A stretch of DNA of 56,441 nucleotides from Erysipelothrix sp. (GTDB lineage: Bacteria > Bacillota_I > Bacilli_A > Erysipelotrichales > Erysipelotrichaceae): positions 1-56,441 of the forward strand of contig JAAZDN010000075.1 of the NCBI GenBank assembly GCA_012512805.1. Reading direction: 5' to 3'. Below the pieces are notes generated by a model, which ran no database searches, had not been told where the DNA came from, and saw only the letters and a list, made by a program, of their open reading frames with translations. The first letter of the stretch is position 1; every line of letters begins with the position of its first letter. Positions 38,920 to 48,787 of the stretch are shown here, in pieces. The position numbers and the translations under genes are program-made.

Positions 38920-41631
38920 ATGAATTATAAAGATACACTATTAATGCCGAAGACTGATTTTGAAATGCGTGCAGGTTTAGTAAAGAAGGAACCTGTCTTT
39001 TTAGAACGATGGGCAAACAATGACTACTATGCTAAGTTTTTAGCTAAAAACGAAGGAAAGCCAAGCTTTGTGCTCCATGATGGTCCACCATATGCCAATG
39101 GAGATCTTCACTCAGGTACAGCAATGAACCGTATTTTAAAAGACTTTGTTGTGAGATCGAAAGCAATGGCTGGATACTATACACCATTCTATCCAGGATG
39201 GGATACACATGGATTACCCATTGAAAATGCAATTATTAAAACTGGAATTGACTACAAGAAAATTTCTGTAGTTGCTTTTAGAGAAGCATGTGAAGCCTAT
39301 GCTTATGAACAAATTGCAAAGCAAAAAGAAACGATGAAACGCATGGGTACTGTTGCGGACTATAATAATCCATACATTACCTTAACAAAAGATTATGAAG
39401 CAGATCAGATTGCTACCTTTGGTAAAATGGCACAAGCTGGATTAATTTACCAAGGTCATAAGCCGGTTATTTGGTCACCAGCATCTGAAAGTGCACTTGC
39501 TGAATCAGAAGTTGTTTATAATGATCGTACAGATACTGCAATTTATGTTGCCTTTGATATTGTTGAGGGAAATGATGTATTAGAACATGGTAAGTTTGTT
39601 ATTTGGACAACAACTCCTTGGACCATTCCAGCAAACTTAGGAATTTCATTAAACCCTGCATTTAACTATGCTGTTGTTGAAACAAAAATTGGAAATCTTA
39701 TCCTACTTGAAGATAATGTTGATGCCTTATTAGCGAAATTCGAACTTGAAAACTTAGGTGTTAAAAAAGTTGTAAAAGGTGCACAGTTAGAATACATCAA
39801 AGCACAACATCCACTATATGAAGATGTTCAATCATTAGTAATGGTTGGAAATCACGTTAGTGCTGAAGAAGGTACAGGATGTGTACATACGGCTCCAGGA
39901 CACGGTGCTGATGACTACAACATCGGTGTAAAATATGGTTTAAAACCTTATTCACCTGTTGATGCCCAAGGACACTTAACTGAAGAAGCCGGTGACTTTG
40001 TTGCGGGTCAATATTATGAAAAAGCGAACAAAACAGTAGTTAATAAACTGGATGAAGTTGGAGCCTTAGTGCTTCAAGAGAAAATTACCCATAGTTATCC
40101 ATATGATGAACGTATGAAAACACCAATTATTTATCGTGCAACGGTTCAATGGTTTGCATCAATCGATAAGATTCGTGAAAAAGCACTTGCTGAAATTGCG
40201 AATGTTGATTGGAAAAATGAATGGGGAGAAGTACGTCTACACAACATGATCAAAGATCGTGGTGACTGGACAATTTCACGTCAAAGACAATGGGGACTAC
40301 CAATTCCAATTATTTATGCAGAAGATGATACACCTATTTTTGATAAGGAAGTTTTTGATCATCTAGAAACCTTATTTAGAGAACATGGTTCAAAAGTATG
40401 GTATGAGCTTTCTGCGAATGAACTTTTACCAGATGGCTACACACATCCAAATTCACCAAACAATGTCTTTACAAAAGAAAAAGATATCTTAGATGTTTGG
40501 TTTGATTCAGGATCATCATTCAACACCTTAAAAAATCGTGGTCTTGGAAGTCAAGCCGATCTTTATTTAGAAGGTAGTGATCAATACCGTGGTTGGTTTA
40601 ACTCTTCACTTATCTTAAGTATCGCAACAAACAACCAAGCACCTTACAAATCAGTCTTATCACACGGATATGTCTTAGACCGTTCAGGAGATAAGATGAG
40701 TAAATCGGTTGGAAATGTCATCGATCCTAACGATGTGATCTCACAAAATGGAGCGGATGTTTTAAGAATGTGGGCTGCTAGTATTGAATTTAAACAAGAT
40801 GTTCGCTTTGCGGATGACGTTATTAAACAGGCAAGTGATGCATACCGTAAGGTACGTAATACGTTTAGATTTATGCTGGGGAATGTTTCAGACTTTGATA
40901 TTACTAAGGATGAAGTTGCGTTTAATCAACTTAACAAATTTGATCAAGTCATGATGTATAAACTTAATGAATTAAACAAGAAAGTTCAAGCGGACTATGC
41001 AAACTTTGAATTCCAACAAGCAACCATTGCACTTTCACTCTTTTTAAACAATGAGTTAAGTTCATACTACTTAGATATTGCGAAAGATATCTTATATATT
41101 GAAAAGGCAGATTCACTACGCCGTCGCCAAGTTCAAACTGTTTTATGGTACACACTAGATACCCTAGTTAAACTCTATTCACCTGTTCTTGTCTTTACTA
41201 CTGAAGAAATTAATGATCATTTCATGAAGCATGATTCAATTCATAATACACACTTTAATGAGGTAGCAGACTATAGTAGTATTGAAGCATTAGTATCTGA
41301 GTTAAGTGAGCTTGAAGTCTTACGTGATGAGGTCTTAAAAGCCTTAGAAGTTAAACGTGAATTAAAAGAAATCGGAAAACCACTTGAAGCTCATGTTTCA
41401 TTTAATGTATCAAAAGAACAACAAGCTTCACTGACAAACTTCTTTGGAAATGACATTCACCAATGGTTAACCGTTTCAAGTGTTAGTTTTGAAGGAAATC
41501 AAGCTGAAAAAATTGTTGTAACAAAGGCCGTTGGTGAAGTATGTCCACGTTGTTGGAATGTCACTGCATCAAGTGCTGAAGATCATTTATGTTCACGTTG
41601 TGCTACTGTAATTAGTGCTGATCATGAGTAA
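38920..41631 (+). CDS. ileS: Isoleucyl-tRNA synthetase
   Basis: 903 aa with the HIGH-type motif PYANGDLHSGT, KMSKS, and a C-terminal CPRC...CSRC zinc motif. Confidence 0.95.
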   Translation: MNYKDTLLMPKTDFEMRAGLVKKEPVFLERWANNDYYAKFLAKNEGKPSFVLHDGPPYANGDLHSGTAMNRILKDFVVRSKAMAGYYTPFYPGWDTHGLPIENAIIKTGIDYKKISVVAFREACEAYAYEQIAKQKETMKRMGTVADYNNPYITLTKDYEADQIATFGKMAQAGLIYQGHKPVIWSPASESALAESEVVYNDRTDTAIYVAFDIVEGNDVLEHGKFVIWTTTPWTIPANLGISLNPAFNYAVVETKIGNLILLEDNVDALLAKFELENLGVKKVVKGAQLEYIKAQHPLYEDVQSLVMVGNHVSAEEGTGCVHTAPGHGADDYNIGVKYGLKPYSPVDAQGHLTEEAGDFVAGQYYEKANKTVVNKLDEVGALVLQEKITHSYPYDERMKTPIIYRATVQWFASIDKIREKALAEIANVDWKNEWGEVRLHNMIKDRGDWTISRQRQWGLPIPIIYAEDDTPIFDKEVFDHLETLFREHGSKVWYELSANELLPDGYTHPNSPNNVFTKEKDILDVWFDSGSSFNTLKNRGLGSQADLYLEGSDQYRGWFNSSLILSIATNNQAPYKSVLSHGYVLDRSGDKMSKSVGNVIDPNDVISQNGADVLRMWAASIEFKQDVRFADDVIKQASDAYRKVRNTFRFMLGNVSDFDITKDEVAFNQLNKFDQVMMYKLNELNKKVQADYANFEFQQATIALSLFLNNELSSYYLDIAKDILYIEKADSLRRRQVQTVLWYTLDTLVKLYSPVLVFTTEEINDHFMKHDSIHNTHFNEVADYSSIEALVSELSELEVLRDEVLKALEVKRELKEIGKPLEAHVSFNVSKEQQASLTNFFGNDIHQWLTVSSVSFEGNQAEKIVVTKAVGEVCPRCWNVTASSAEDHLCSRCATVISADHE

Positions 41632-42331
41632 ATTAATCACATCTGTAAATAACGATCAGGTTATTAAATGGAGTAAGCTTAAACAATCTAAATATCAAAA
41701 GAAACTTCAGATGTATATTATTGAAGGGCGCCACATCATTGATGAGGCACTCAAAGCTAATCTTGAACTAGAAATTATTGTTACCGAAGAGAGTGGACTT
41801 GGTGGCGATTATATCGTTTCAAATGCAGTTATGAAGAAAATCTCTCAAAATGAATCGTCAAATGATATAGTTGCGATTGTGAAGATGAGTGATATTGATC
41901 GTCCACTGGGTAATAAGGTGGTCTACTTAGACAATATCCAAGATCCAGGTAATGCAGGAACGATCATTCGTACTGCGCTTGCCTTCGGATATGATACTGT
42001 TGTTTTAAGTGAAGGTGTTAATCGCTACAATCATAAACTCATTAATGCAAGTAAAGGGGCTGTCTTTAACATTAATATTGTTTCATCTTTACAATTAAAT
42101 GCAGTCAGTGATGACTATCAAATCATTGGAACCTTAATTGATGAGAGTGCGCATGCACTTGACTCGATTGTACCAAGTGAAAAAATGATTGTTATCTTTG
42201 GTAATGAAGGTGTTGGAATAAGTGATGATATTATTGCCTTACTTGATCATAAGGTGTATATTCCAATGCATAACTTTGATTCTCTGAATGTCGGAATTAC
42301 TGCAGGTATAATTTTGTATCATTTAAAGTAG
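41624..42331 (+). CDS. TrmH/SpoU-family RNA 2'-O-methyltransferase
   Basis: Contains LDNIQDPGNAGTIIRTA, FGNEGVGIS and SLNVGITAGIILY. ATG 41624 overlaps the ileS stop. Confidence 0.8.
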   Translation: MSKLITSVNNDQVIKWSKLKQSKYQKKLQMYIIEGRHIIDEALKANLELEIIVTEESGLGGDYIVSNAVMKKISQNESSNDIVAIVKMSDIDRPLGNKVVYLDNIQDPGNAGTIIRTALAFGYDTVVLSEGVNRYNHKLINASKGAVFNINIVSSLQLNAVSDDYQIIGTLIDESAHALDSIVPSEKMIVIFGNEGVGISDDIIALLDHKVYIPMHNFDSLNVGITAGIILYHLK

Positions 42332-42337
42332 GTGTCT

Positions 42338-44101
42338 ATGCAAACAAAAAAAGTATCAACAAAATATTTATTTAAGGTATTCTTTAATTATTTCAAACCA
42401 TACAAAAAGATCTTATTTTTAGATCTTTTTTGTGCGTCTTTAACGACAGTTTCAGCTTTAATGTTACCCTTGCTCGTTAAAACAATTACGAACACTGCGA
42501 CGGAAGATTTGAGCAAACTCACATTAAAGCTCATATCAACAATAGGGCTTATTTATATTGGACTTGTGCTCATTGAAACCATTGCTAAGTTTGTTATGGA
42601 CTCATGGGGCCATATTATGGGAGCCTTTATTGAAACGGATATGCGTCAAGACTTGTTTAAACATATTCAAAGTATGTCAATGCAATTCTTCAATAATACG
42701 AAGGTAGGACATTTAATGTCACGAATTACATCAGATCTTTCTGATATTTCTGAGTTTGCGCATCATGGTCCAGAAGAACTTGTTATATCATTTGTAACCA
42801 TTGTGACAACATTCATCATTTTAAGTACGATGAGTTTAAGTCTTACGCTCATAATTTTTATATTTTTACCGTTTATGATTTATTTTTCTTCGAAGCTAAA
42901 TGTACGTATGCGAGCAAGTTTTAAACGTCAAAGACAAATTGTAGGATCATTGAATGCGGATGTCGAAGATACTTTTCTTGGAATTCAAGTCGTTAAATCA
43001 TTTGCCAATGAAAATATTGAAGTGAATAAGTTTGCGAAAAGTAATGAAGAATTTATTAAAGTTAAAAAAGATGTATATTTTACCTTAGCAGAATTTCAAA
43101 GTATCGTAAGAATTTTCGATGGTTTAATGTATATTGTTGTCGTAGTAGTAGGGGCACTGTATGTTAAAAACGCCCACATTGGTGTTGGTGATTATTTAGC
43201 CTATTTACTGTATGTTACAACACTTTTAACAAGTTTACGCCGTATTGTTCAATTTGCAGAACAGTTCCAACGGGGAATGAGTGGAATTGAGCGATTTGTT
43301 GAAATTATGGACACCCCCATTGATATTAAAGATAAGGTTGATGCCATTGAATTGCATGATGTAAAAGGTGATATTGCCTTCAATAATGTCGACTTTGCCT
43401 ATGAAGATGGAAAAATGGTGCTTGAGGACTTTGATTTACACATTAAATCAGGCGATAGTATTGCCCTTGTTGGACCATCAGGTGGCGGTAAAACAACAAT
43501 ATCAAGTCTCATTCAACGCTTCTATGAAATAAGTAGTGGGAGTATTACGATTGATGAGCATAACATTCAAGATATTAGCTTAAGTAGTTTACGTGATAAT
43601 ATTGGTGTTGTTCAACAAGATGTCTATTTGTTCTCAGGGACAGTCTTTGACAATATTGTTTATGGACGACCAAAGGCTAAAATTAGTGATGTCATTAGTG
43701 CTGCGAAACTTGCAGGGGCAGATGATTTTATTAATGAGCTTGAGTATGGGTATGATACGTATGTTGGTGAGCGTGGTGTGAAACTATCGGGTGGTCAGAA
43801 GCAACGGATTAGTATTGCCCGCTTGTTCTTAAAAAATCCACCAATACTAATTTTAGACGAGGCGACAAGTGCCTTAGATAATGAAAATGAGCGTCTCATC
43901 CAACAATCTTTAAATGATCTCTCTCAAAATAGAACAACAATTACGATCGCGCATCGATTGACAACGATCAAAGATGTCGATAAAATTGTAGTAATTGATC
44001 AAAGAGGGATTGTAGAAGTTGGAAGTCATCAAACTTTGATGGATAAACAAGGATATTATTATGATTTATATAAACTATATGAATCAACTAATGGAGAGTG
44101 A
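42338..44101 (+). CDS. ABC exporter, fused permease and ATPase (MsbA/multidrug type)
   Basis: A six-helix TMD is followed by Walker A GPSGGGKTT, the signature LSGGQKQR and Walker B ILILDEATSALD. The start could be GTG 42332 or ATG 42338. Confidence 0.88.
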   Translation: MQTKKVSTKYLFKVFFNYFKPYKKILFLDLFCASLTTVSALMLPLLVKTITNTATEDLSKLTLKLISTIGLIYIGLVLIETIAKFVMDSWGHIMGAFIETDMRQDLFKHIQSMSMQFFNNTKVGHLMSRITSDLSDISEFAHHGPEELVISFVTIVTTFIILSTMSLSLTLIIFIFLPFMIYFSSKLNVRMRASFKRQRQIVGSLNADVEDTFLGIQVVKSFANENIEVNKFAKSNEEFIKVKKDVYFTLAEFQSIVRIFDGLMYIVVVVVGALYVKNAHIGVGDYLAYLLYVTTLLTSLRRIVQFAEQFQRGMSGIERFVEIMDTPIDIKDKVDAIELHDVKGDIAFNNVDFAYEDGKMVLEDFDLHIKSGDSIALVGPSGGGKTTISSLIQRFYEISSGSITIDEHNIQDISLSSLRDNIGVVQQDVYLFSGTVFDNIVYGRPKAKISDVISAAKLAGADDFINELEYGYDTYVGERGVKLSGGQKQRISIARLFLKNPPILILDEATSALDNENERLIQQSLNDLSQNRTTITIAHRLTTIKDVDKIVVIDQRGIVEVGSHQTLMDKQGYYYDLYKLYESTNGE

Positions 44102-44106
44102 TTGTA

Positions 44107-44679
44107 ATGCAACCTAAGTACTTAGTTGCGATTGACTTTGAAACAGCAAATAGTAATCCACACAGTGTATGTCAAGTTGGTCTTTTAGTATTCGAAGAGG
44201 GAGAACTCATTTTTGAATATGCGACGTACTTGAAGCCACCACTTGAGTACAATGAGTTTAATTACTATAACATTCAAGTCCATGGTATTACTGAACATAT
44301 GGTTAAGAATGCTCCAACGTGGAAACAGGTGTATGGAAATTTCAAACAGTATTTTGATGATGCGATGTTTGTTGCACATAATGCATCATTTGATATGAAC
44401 GTTTTAAAAAACATTAACCAGTATTACAACATTTCTTTACGACCATCACCATATTAATGTACGGTTGAACTTTCAAGAAAAGTTTATCCATATTTACCCA
44501 ATCATAAACTAAATACAGTCAGTGAATATTTGGAAATTGATCTGAAACATCATGATGCGCATAGTGATGCATATGCAAGTGCGATGATCGTTTTTAAGAC
44601 ATTACAGAATGTTGATGAGAAACTTGTTTCATCTTTATTTGAAAAAACTAACATGAAGAAGAAAATATTGTCAATTTAG
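44107..44679 (+). pseudogene. DnaQ-like DEDDh 3'-5' exonuclease interrupted by one in-frame TAA
   Basis: Exo I (AIDFET) and Exo II (HNASFD) precede the stop. The same frame continues after TAA 44455-44457 as CTVELSRKVYPYLPNHKLNTVSEYLEIDLKHHDAHSDA (Exo III, H-x4-D) to TAG 44677-44679. Confidence 0.8.
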
Positions 44680-44730
44680 TTACATTTAACTTACATTATG
44701 ATACAATAGATTGTGACTTGGAGGTTGTTT

Positions 44731-45114
44731 ATGGAAAAATTCTTAAATAACGCCTTATTTTGGCAAAAATTAGATACAATTTATTTATCAAGTGAATTGG
44801 TCATTGATAAACCAAAAGGATATGTTCATCCACTGTATGCAAATTTAATTTATCCTGTAGATTATGGGTACTTAAAAGATACGCTTTCATTTAATGAAGG
44901 TATCTCAACTAATCGCGGAACTGGTAACAACGGTCTACAGCATTTAATTATTACAGGTGATATCTTAAAAAAAGATATTGAAGTCAAATTATTAGTTAAT
45001 TGTGTTGAGACTGAAGTGAGAGAAATATTAACATTTTTAAATCAAACTGATTTACAAAAAGCGGTATTAATTACGCGTGATAATATTATCCCAAGTTGGG
45101 GCGAAACAGATTAG
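44731..45114 (+). CDS. Small inorganic-pyrophosphatase-like protein (uncharacterised family)
   Basis: 127 aa from ATG 44731, which follows GGAGG. DKPKGYVHPLY...YPVDYGYLKDT resembles the beta-barrel core of family I PPases. Confidence 0.4.
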   Translation: MEKFLNNALFWQKLDTIYLSSELVIDKPKGYVHPLYANLIYPVDYGYLKDTLSFNEGISTNRGTGNNGLQHLIITGDILKKDIEVKLLVNCVETEVREILTFLNQTDLQKAVLITRDNIIPSWGETD

Positions 45115-45157
45115 GAAAAACTAAAATTCATCTTAATATTATATTGAGGTGTTAATT

Positions 45158-45523
45158 ATGAAGGGAGTAGTATTCAGTACTACTTTTTTTGTACTCATAT
45201 TTGTGATCTTTCTTAGTTTTAGTAATTATATTTACTTTGATCATAACCGGAGCTTGATTAATCGATCCTTTAAATCTGCACTTATTCAAACAGCAGAAAT
45301 TCAAAGTGAGTCTCAAGATAACTTTGATACGATTCTGGATACGTTTTTATTAATCATTGAAGATAATCTCCCCAAAGGATTTGATTATTCATTTAGCTTA
45401 TATGGCTATCATCAAGATCCTTTACTTATTCGCATTAAGCTGAGTGCGAAAAGTAAGCATGGAAATTATCATTATGAGATGGAAGAAACAATAGTACAAA
45501 AGGAGGCAGAAACAAATGAATAA
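45158..45523 (+). CDS. Tad-locus small membrane-anchored protein (candidate minor pilin, TadE/F-like)
   Basis: 121 aa. MKGVVFSTTFFVLIFVIFLSF has an N-terminal hydrophobic helix right after MKG. It is the first gene of the coupled operon. Confidence 0.45.
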   Translation: MKGVVFSTTFFVLIFVIFLSFSNYIYFDHNRSLINRSFKSALIQTAEIQSESQDNFDTILDTFLLIIEDNLPKGFDYSFSLYGYHQDPLLIRIKLSAKSKHGNYHYEMEETIVQKEAETNE

Positions 45524-46217
45524 AAATAATGTGAAAATTGGATTAGGTTTAATTGGATTATTTGTTGTTAATTTCTTAGTCTTTAAAATCGCAGTAAGCC
45601 GTGAGATTGGTTTAATCGAAATTCCAGTAGTAAAGCAAGTCATTTTTCCAAGAACTAAAATAGAGGATTCAATGATTAAAATGTTAGAAGTCCCATCAAG
45701 TTTTGTATCAGATGCAATGTATACCGATAAAGAAGATATATTAAATCTTTACAGTGACATTCAAACGATGATACCAATAGGTTCACCATTTTATAAAAGT
45801 GTGCTCTTTAATGAGTCTGAACTTCCAGATTATCCTAAAATTCTATTGAAGGAAAATCAAGTTGTCTATACCTTAGATACAAATCTTGTGAAACTATCTG
45901 GAAATAGTATTGTGGTAAATCAAAAAGTTGATTTAATTACGACCTATCGAAATAAGAACGAGTCACCCCTTGTTGATGTTTTAGTATCATCGGTACGTGT
46001 AATCGGGGTTAAAGATAAAAAAGGTATTGATGTCTTGAATCCTAAGAGTTCAGGGACGCCCCATCTAGTCCTCTTAGCGCTCGATAGTGATTTACTTGCA
46101 ATTGTTAGAGCAGCAGATGAAATTGCATCCTTAGAATTGTTTGCACATTCAAAAGTTTTAAATGAAGAATCTGTTTTGAATACTGAGGCCAAAATTTTGG
46201 AGGTTATTAATGAGTAA
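45516..46217 (+). CDS. CpaB/RcpC-like pilus assembly protein (SAF plus beta-clip domains)
   Basis: 233 aa with an N-terminal TM helix. The periplasmic-type domain has the CpaB-like pattern (VV.Q.I...T.I...M...EVP.....). It overlaps the upstream gene by 8 nt. Confidence 0.6.
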   Translation: MNKNNVKIGLGLIGLFVVNFLVFKIAVSREIGLIEIPVVKQVIFPRTKIEDSMIKMLEVPSSFVSDAMYTDKEDILNLYSDIQTMIPIGSPFYKSVLFNESELPDYPKILLKENQVVYTLDTNLVKLSGNSIVVNQKVDLITTYRNKNESPLVDVLVSSVRVIGVKDKKGIDVLNPKSSGTPHLVLLALDSDLLAIVRAADEIASLELFAHSKVLNEESVLNTEAKILEVINE

Positions 46218-47160
46218 TTTTGATTTTGGTAAATTTCAAGCGTACATTGATGAAGAACATATTACGGACATTAATTACAATGGACATGAGATTTGGATTG
46301 ATCACATTGAAAAGGGAAGATATAAGGTAAGTGATGTCATGAGTGCACATGAGGTTGAAAACTTTTGTTATCGCTTTGCAAACTATGCCAATAAACAGTT
46401 TAATTACTCATATCCAATACTTGAAAGTGAGACGGATACCTTACGCATTAGTTTGATTCATAATAGCATTGCAAAGTCTGGATACTCAATATCAATCCGT
46501 AAAACACCCCCATATCTTCGACTACATACTGAGGAACTTATCGCATCAAACTATGCAACAAAACAACTTGTTGAATATTTAGAATCAAAGGTAAAAAAAC
46601 GCAAAAATATACTCATCAGTGGTTTACCTGGTGTTGGAAAAACAGAATTATTAAAATACTTAACAACATTCATTGTTGGGCGTGAGCGCGTCATTACGAT
46701 TGAAGATAACCTTGAAATAAGATACAACGTCATCCACAAGGATAAGGATAGTGTTGTGCTTAAAATCAATCAAAACGTTGATTATCGAGATGCAATCAAG
46801 GCCAGTCTTAGACAGCGCGTAGATTGGTTACTCTTAAGTGAAGTTCGAGGACAAGAAGTTGTGGAGCTTTTACAAGCAGTCTCAACGGGATCATCACTCA
46901 TTAGTACTATTCATGCGGAAAGTGCTAAACTCATCCCAAAACGTCTGTTACATATGTTTCCAGGTAATGAAATTGCAAATGAGAAAATAATGTATCGCAT
47001 CTTTGAAACAATTGATGTAGGTATTCATATTGAATCATTAATTAGTGAAGCTGGGATTCAAAGATACATCCAAGAAGTAGTAACGTATCATATTGATGAA
47101 TTTGATCAATTTCAAACAGAAGTAATATATGAACATTCAAAAGGGATGGTGAAAAAGTGA
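46210..47160 (+). CDS. tadA: TadA/CpaF-like secretion ATPase (T2SSE/VirB11 superfamily)
   Basis: 316 aa with Walker A GLPGVGKT, Asp box ITIED, Walker B DWLLLSEVRG and His box STIHA. Confidence 0.8.
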   Translation: MSNFDFGKFQAYIDEEHITDINYNGHEIWIDHIEKGRYKVSDVMSAHEVENFCYRFANYANKQFNYSYPILESETDTLRISLIHNSIAKSGYSISIRKTPPYLRLHTEELIASNYATKQLVEYLESKVKKRKNILISGLPGVGKTELLKYLTTFIVGRERVITIEDNLEIRYNVIHKDKDSVVLKINQNVDYRDAIKASLRQRVDWLLLSEVRGQEVVELLQAVSTGSSLISTIHAESAKLIPKRLLHMFPGNEIANEKIMYRIFETIDVGIHIESLISEAGIQRYIQEVVTYHIDEFDQFQTEVIYEHSKGMVKK

Positions 47161-48023
47161 TCGTTAGTTTTGGAGTACTAGCAACATGTTTTATCCTCTT
47201 CTTTCTTTACAATCAATTTTTTGAACTTAAACAAATTATGAAGCGACCCAAGTCAGTCATTGTTAGTCTATATGATCAACATTTCAACTTTCAAAGTCAA
47301 ATGACGCTCATCAAATTTTATCTTCCGCTGTTTACAATTATCATTTTTGTAACGGCACTGGCGAAATTATTAAACTTAAACAATGTGTACACCATATTAT
47401 TTGTACTTATTCAAATTAGTTTTATACCACTCATCTTATTGTTTAATATGTCCTATTTAAAAAGTATGAGTGAATATCGAAATTTAACGACATACTTAAC
47501 ACAATTTATACTCGTATTTAAATCGTTTGGTAAGGTTGTGCAAACTTTAGAACAGTTAGACCAAACACTCGATACGAAAACAAATGATGTTATATCAACA
47601 ATGATTGATCAATTAAAAAGTGGTGAAAGTTTAAAAACAGCTTTCAATATTCATATAAAAATGTATCCTCACTTCATCGTCAACAATCTTTATGCACTTG
47701 TTGAAAATATTGAAAAGTATGGAACCCATAATTATTTTGATGCACTCAATCTGATTCAAGATGATATTGATGATTGGTTGGATGATCTGGATGAGTACTA
47801 TACGCAAAAAAAGCAGGTCGTTTACAAAATTAATACCTTAATCATCTTTGCCTTTGTTATTGCTTTAATTGCAATGCGCATGCTCTTTTCAGTGTCATTG
47901 AGTACAAATACAAATCTATATCAAAGTGTCATTTTTAGTTTTTGTCTCATTGAGTATTTTACGTATGTGTTCGGACAATATTATTTACAGGGGGATTTTA
48001 TTGATGAGAGTGAAATTGTATGA
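47157..48023 (+). CDS. tadB: TadB-like platform protein (T2SSF-type)
   Basis: 288 aa with N- and C-terminal TM helices flanking a helical cytoplasmic domain (MIDQLKSGESLKTAF...). It has a GTGA overlap with tadA. Confidence 0.65.
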   Translation: MIVSFGVLATCFILFFLYNQFFELKQIMKRPKSVIVSLYDQHFNFQSQMTLIKFYLPLFTIIIFVTALAKLLNLNNVYTILFVLIQISFIPLILLFNMSYLKSMSEYRNLTTYLTQFILVFKSFGKVVQTLEQLDQTLDTKTNDVISTMIDQLKSGESLKTAFNIHIKMYPHFIVNNLYALVENIEKYGTHNYFDALNLIQDDIDDWLDDLDEYYTQKKQVVYKINTLIIFAFVIALIAMRMLFSVSLSTNTNLYQSVIFSFCLIEYFTYVFGQYYLQGDFIDESEIV

Positions 48024-48787
48024 GTATTCTATTATTTTATGCTCTTGTTATTCTCGCATACTTTTTCTTTGAACATGCTATTGCACAAACTGTAAAGAAA
48101 TACATATATGAGGATAATTTAGAGTTAATCCTTAAAATTACTACAGATCAACATTTGGATGAGTTTCAAAATTTACGATATAAAAAGATGAGTCAAATTG
48201 TACTTTTTGGACTTTTATTTCCACTCTTAAAGTTTAATGTATATTTTATATTAACCATTGTTATCGCAAGTATTTATTCGTATAAACTACCATATTTGCG
48301 ACTAAATAAACAATATAAGCATAATATTGCTCTACTTCGTTTTAGTTTTCCAGTGTGGTTACGTCAAATTCAAATACTTCTTTATAATCACAATGTTATT
48401 AATGCAATTGAGTTAACGATAGATAATGCACCACACATATTGAGTGATCAGCTGGAAAGTCTTGTTAAAAGTTTAAAGAAGAATCCAAATGATCTGGATG
48501 CCTTTAATCAATTTATGATTGAATATCGCATTCTTGAAATAGATCGTGCTATGAAACTCTTATATCGAGCATATACTGTTGAACAAGACGATACGCGCAT
48601 ACAATTATCTCGTATGATTGAGTCAACAACTAAGTGGATGAAACAAGAGCGAAGAAAACGTAATGAAGCTGTATTGAAACAATACGAATGGCTTGGAATT
48701 CTACCGTTATTAAGTGTCACCGTCATCTTTATGATTATGATGGTTGGACTTATTAATAATTTATTTGGAAAGGGGGGTGGAATATGA
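48020..48787 (+). CDS. tadC: TadC-like platform protein (T2SSF-type)
   Basis: 255 aa with the same architecture as the preceding gene and an ATGA overlap. Confidence 0.65.
   Translation: MSILLFYALVILAYFFFEHAIAQTVKKYIYEDNLELILKITTDQHLDEFQNLRYKKMSQIVLFGLLFPLLKFNVYFILTIVIASIYSYKLPYLRLNKQYKHNIALLRFSFPVWLRQIQILLYNHNVINAIELTIDNAPHILSDQLESLVKSLKKNPNDLDAFNQFMIEYRILEIDRAMKLLYRAYTVEQDDTRIQLSRMIESTTKWMKQERRKRNEAVLKQYEWLGILPLLSVTVIFMIMMVGLINNLFGKGGGI

Noticed and set aside
44455-44457. Possibility that TAA (or TGA) is reassigned as a sense codon, in the style of Mollicutes or other recoded lineages.
   Set aside because: Most genes in the window terminate with TAA at positions matching family-typical lengths. 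TGA also acts as a stop (scpB 9442-9444, ABC exporter 44099-44101, tadA 47158-47160). No gene needs an internal TGA to reach normal length.
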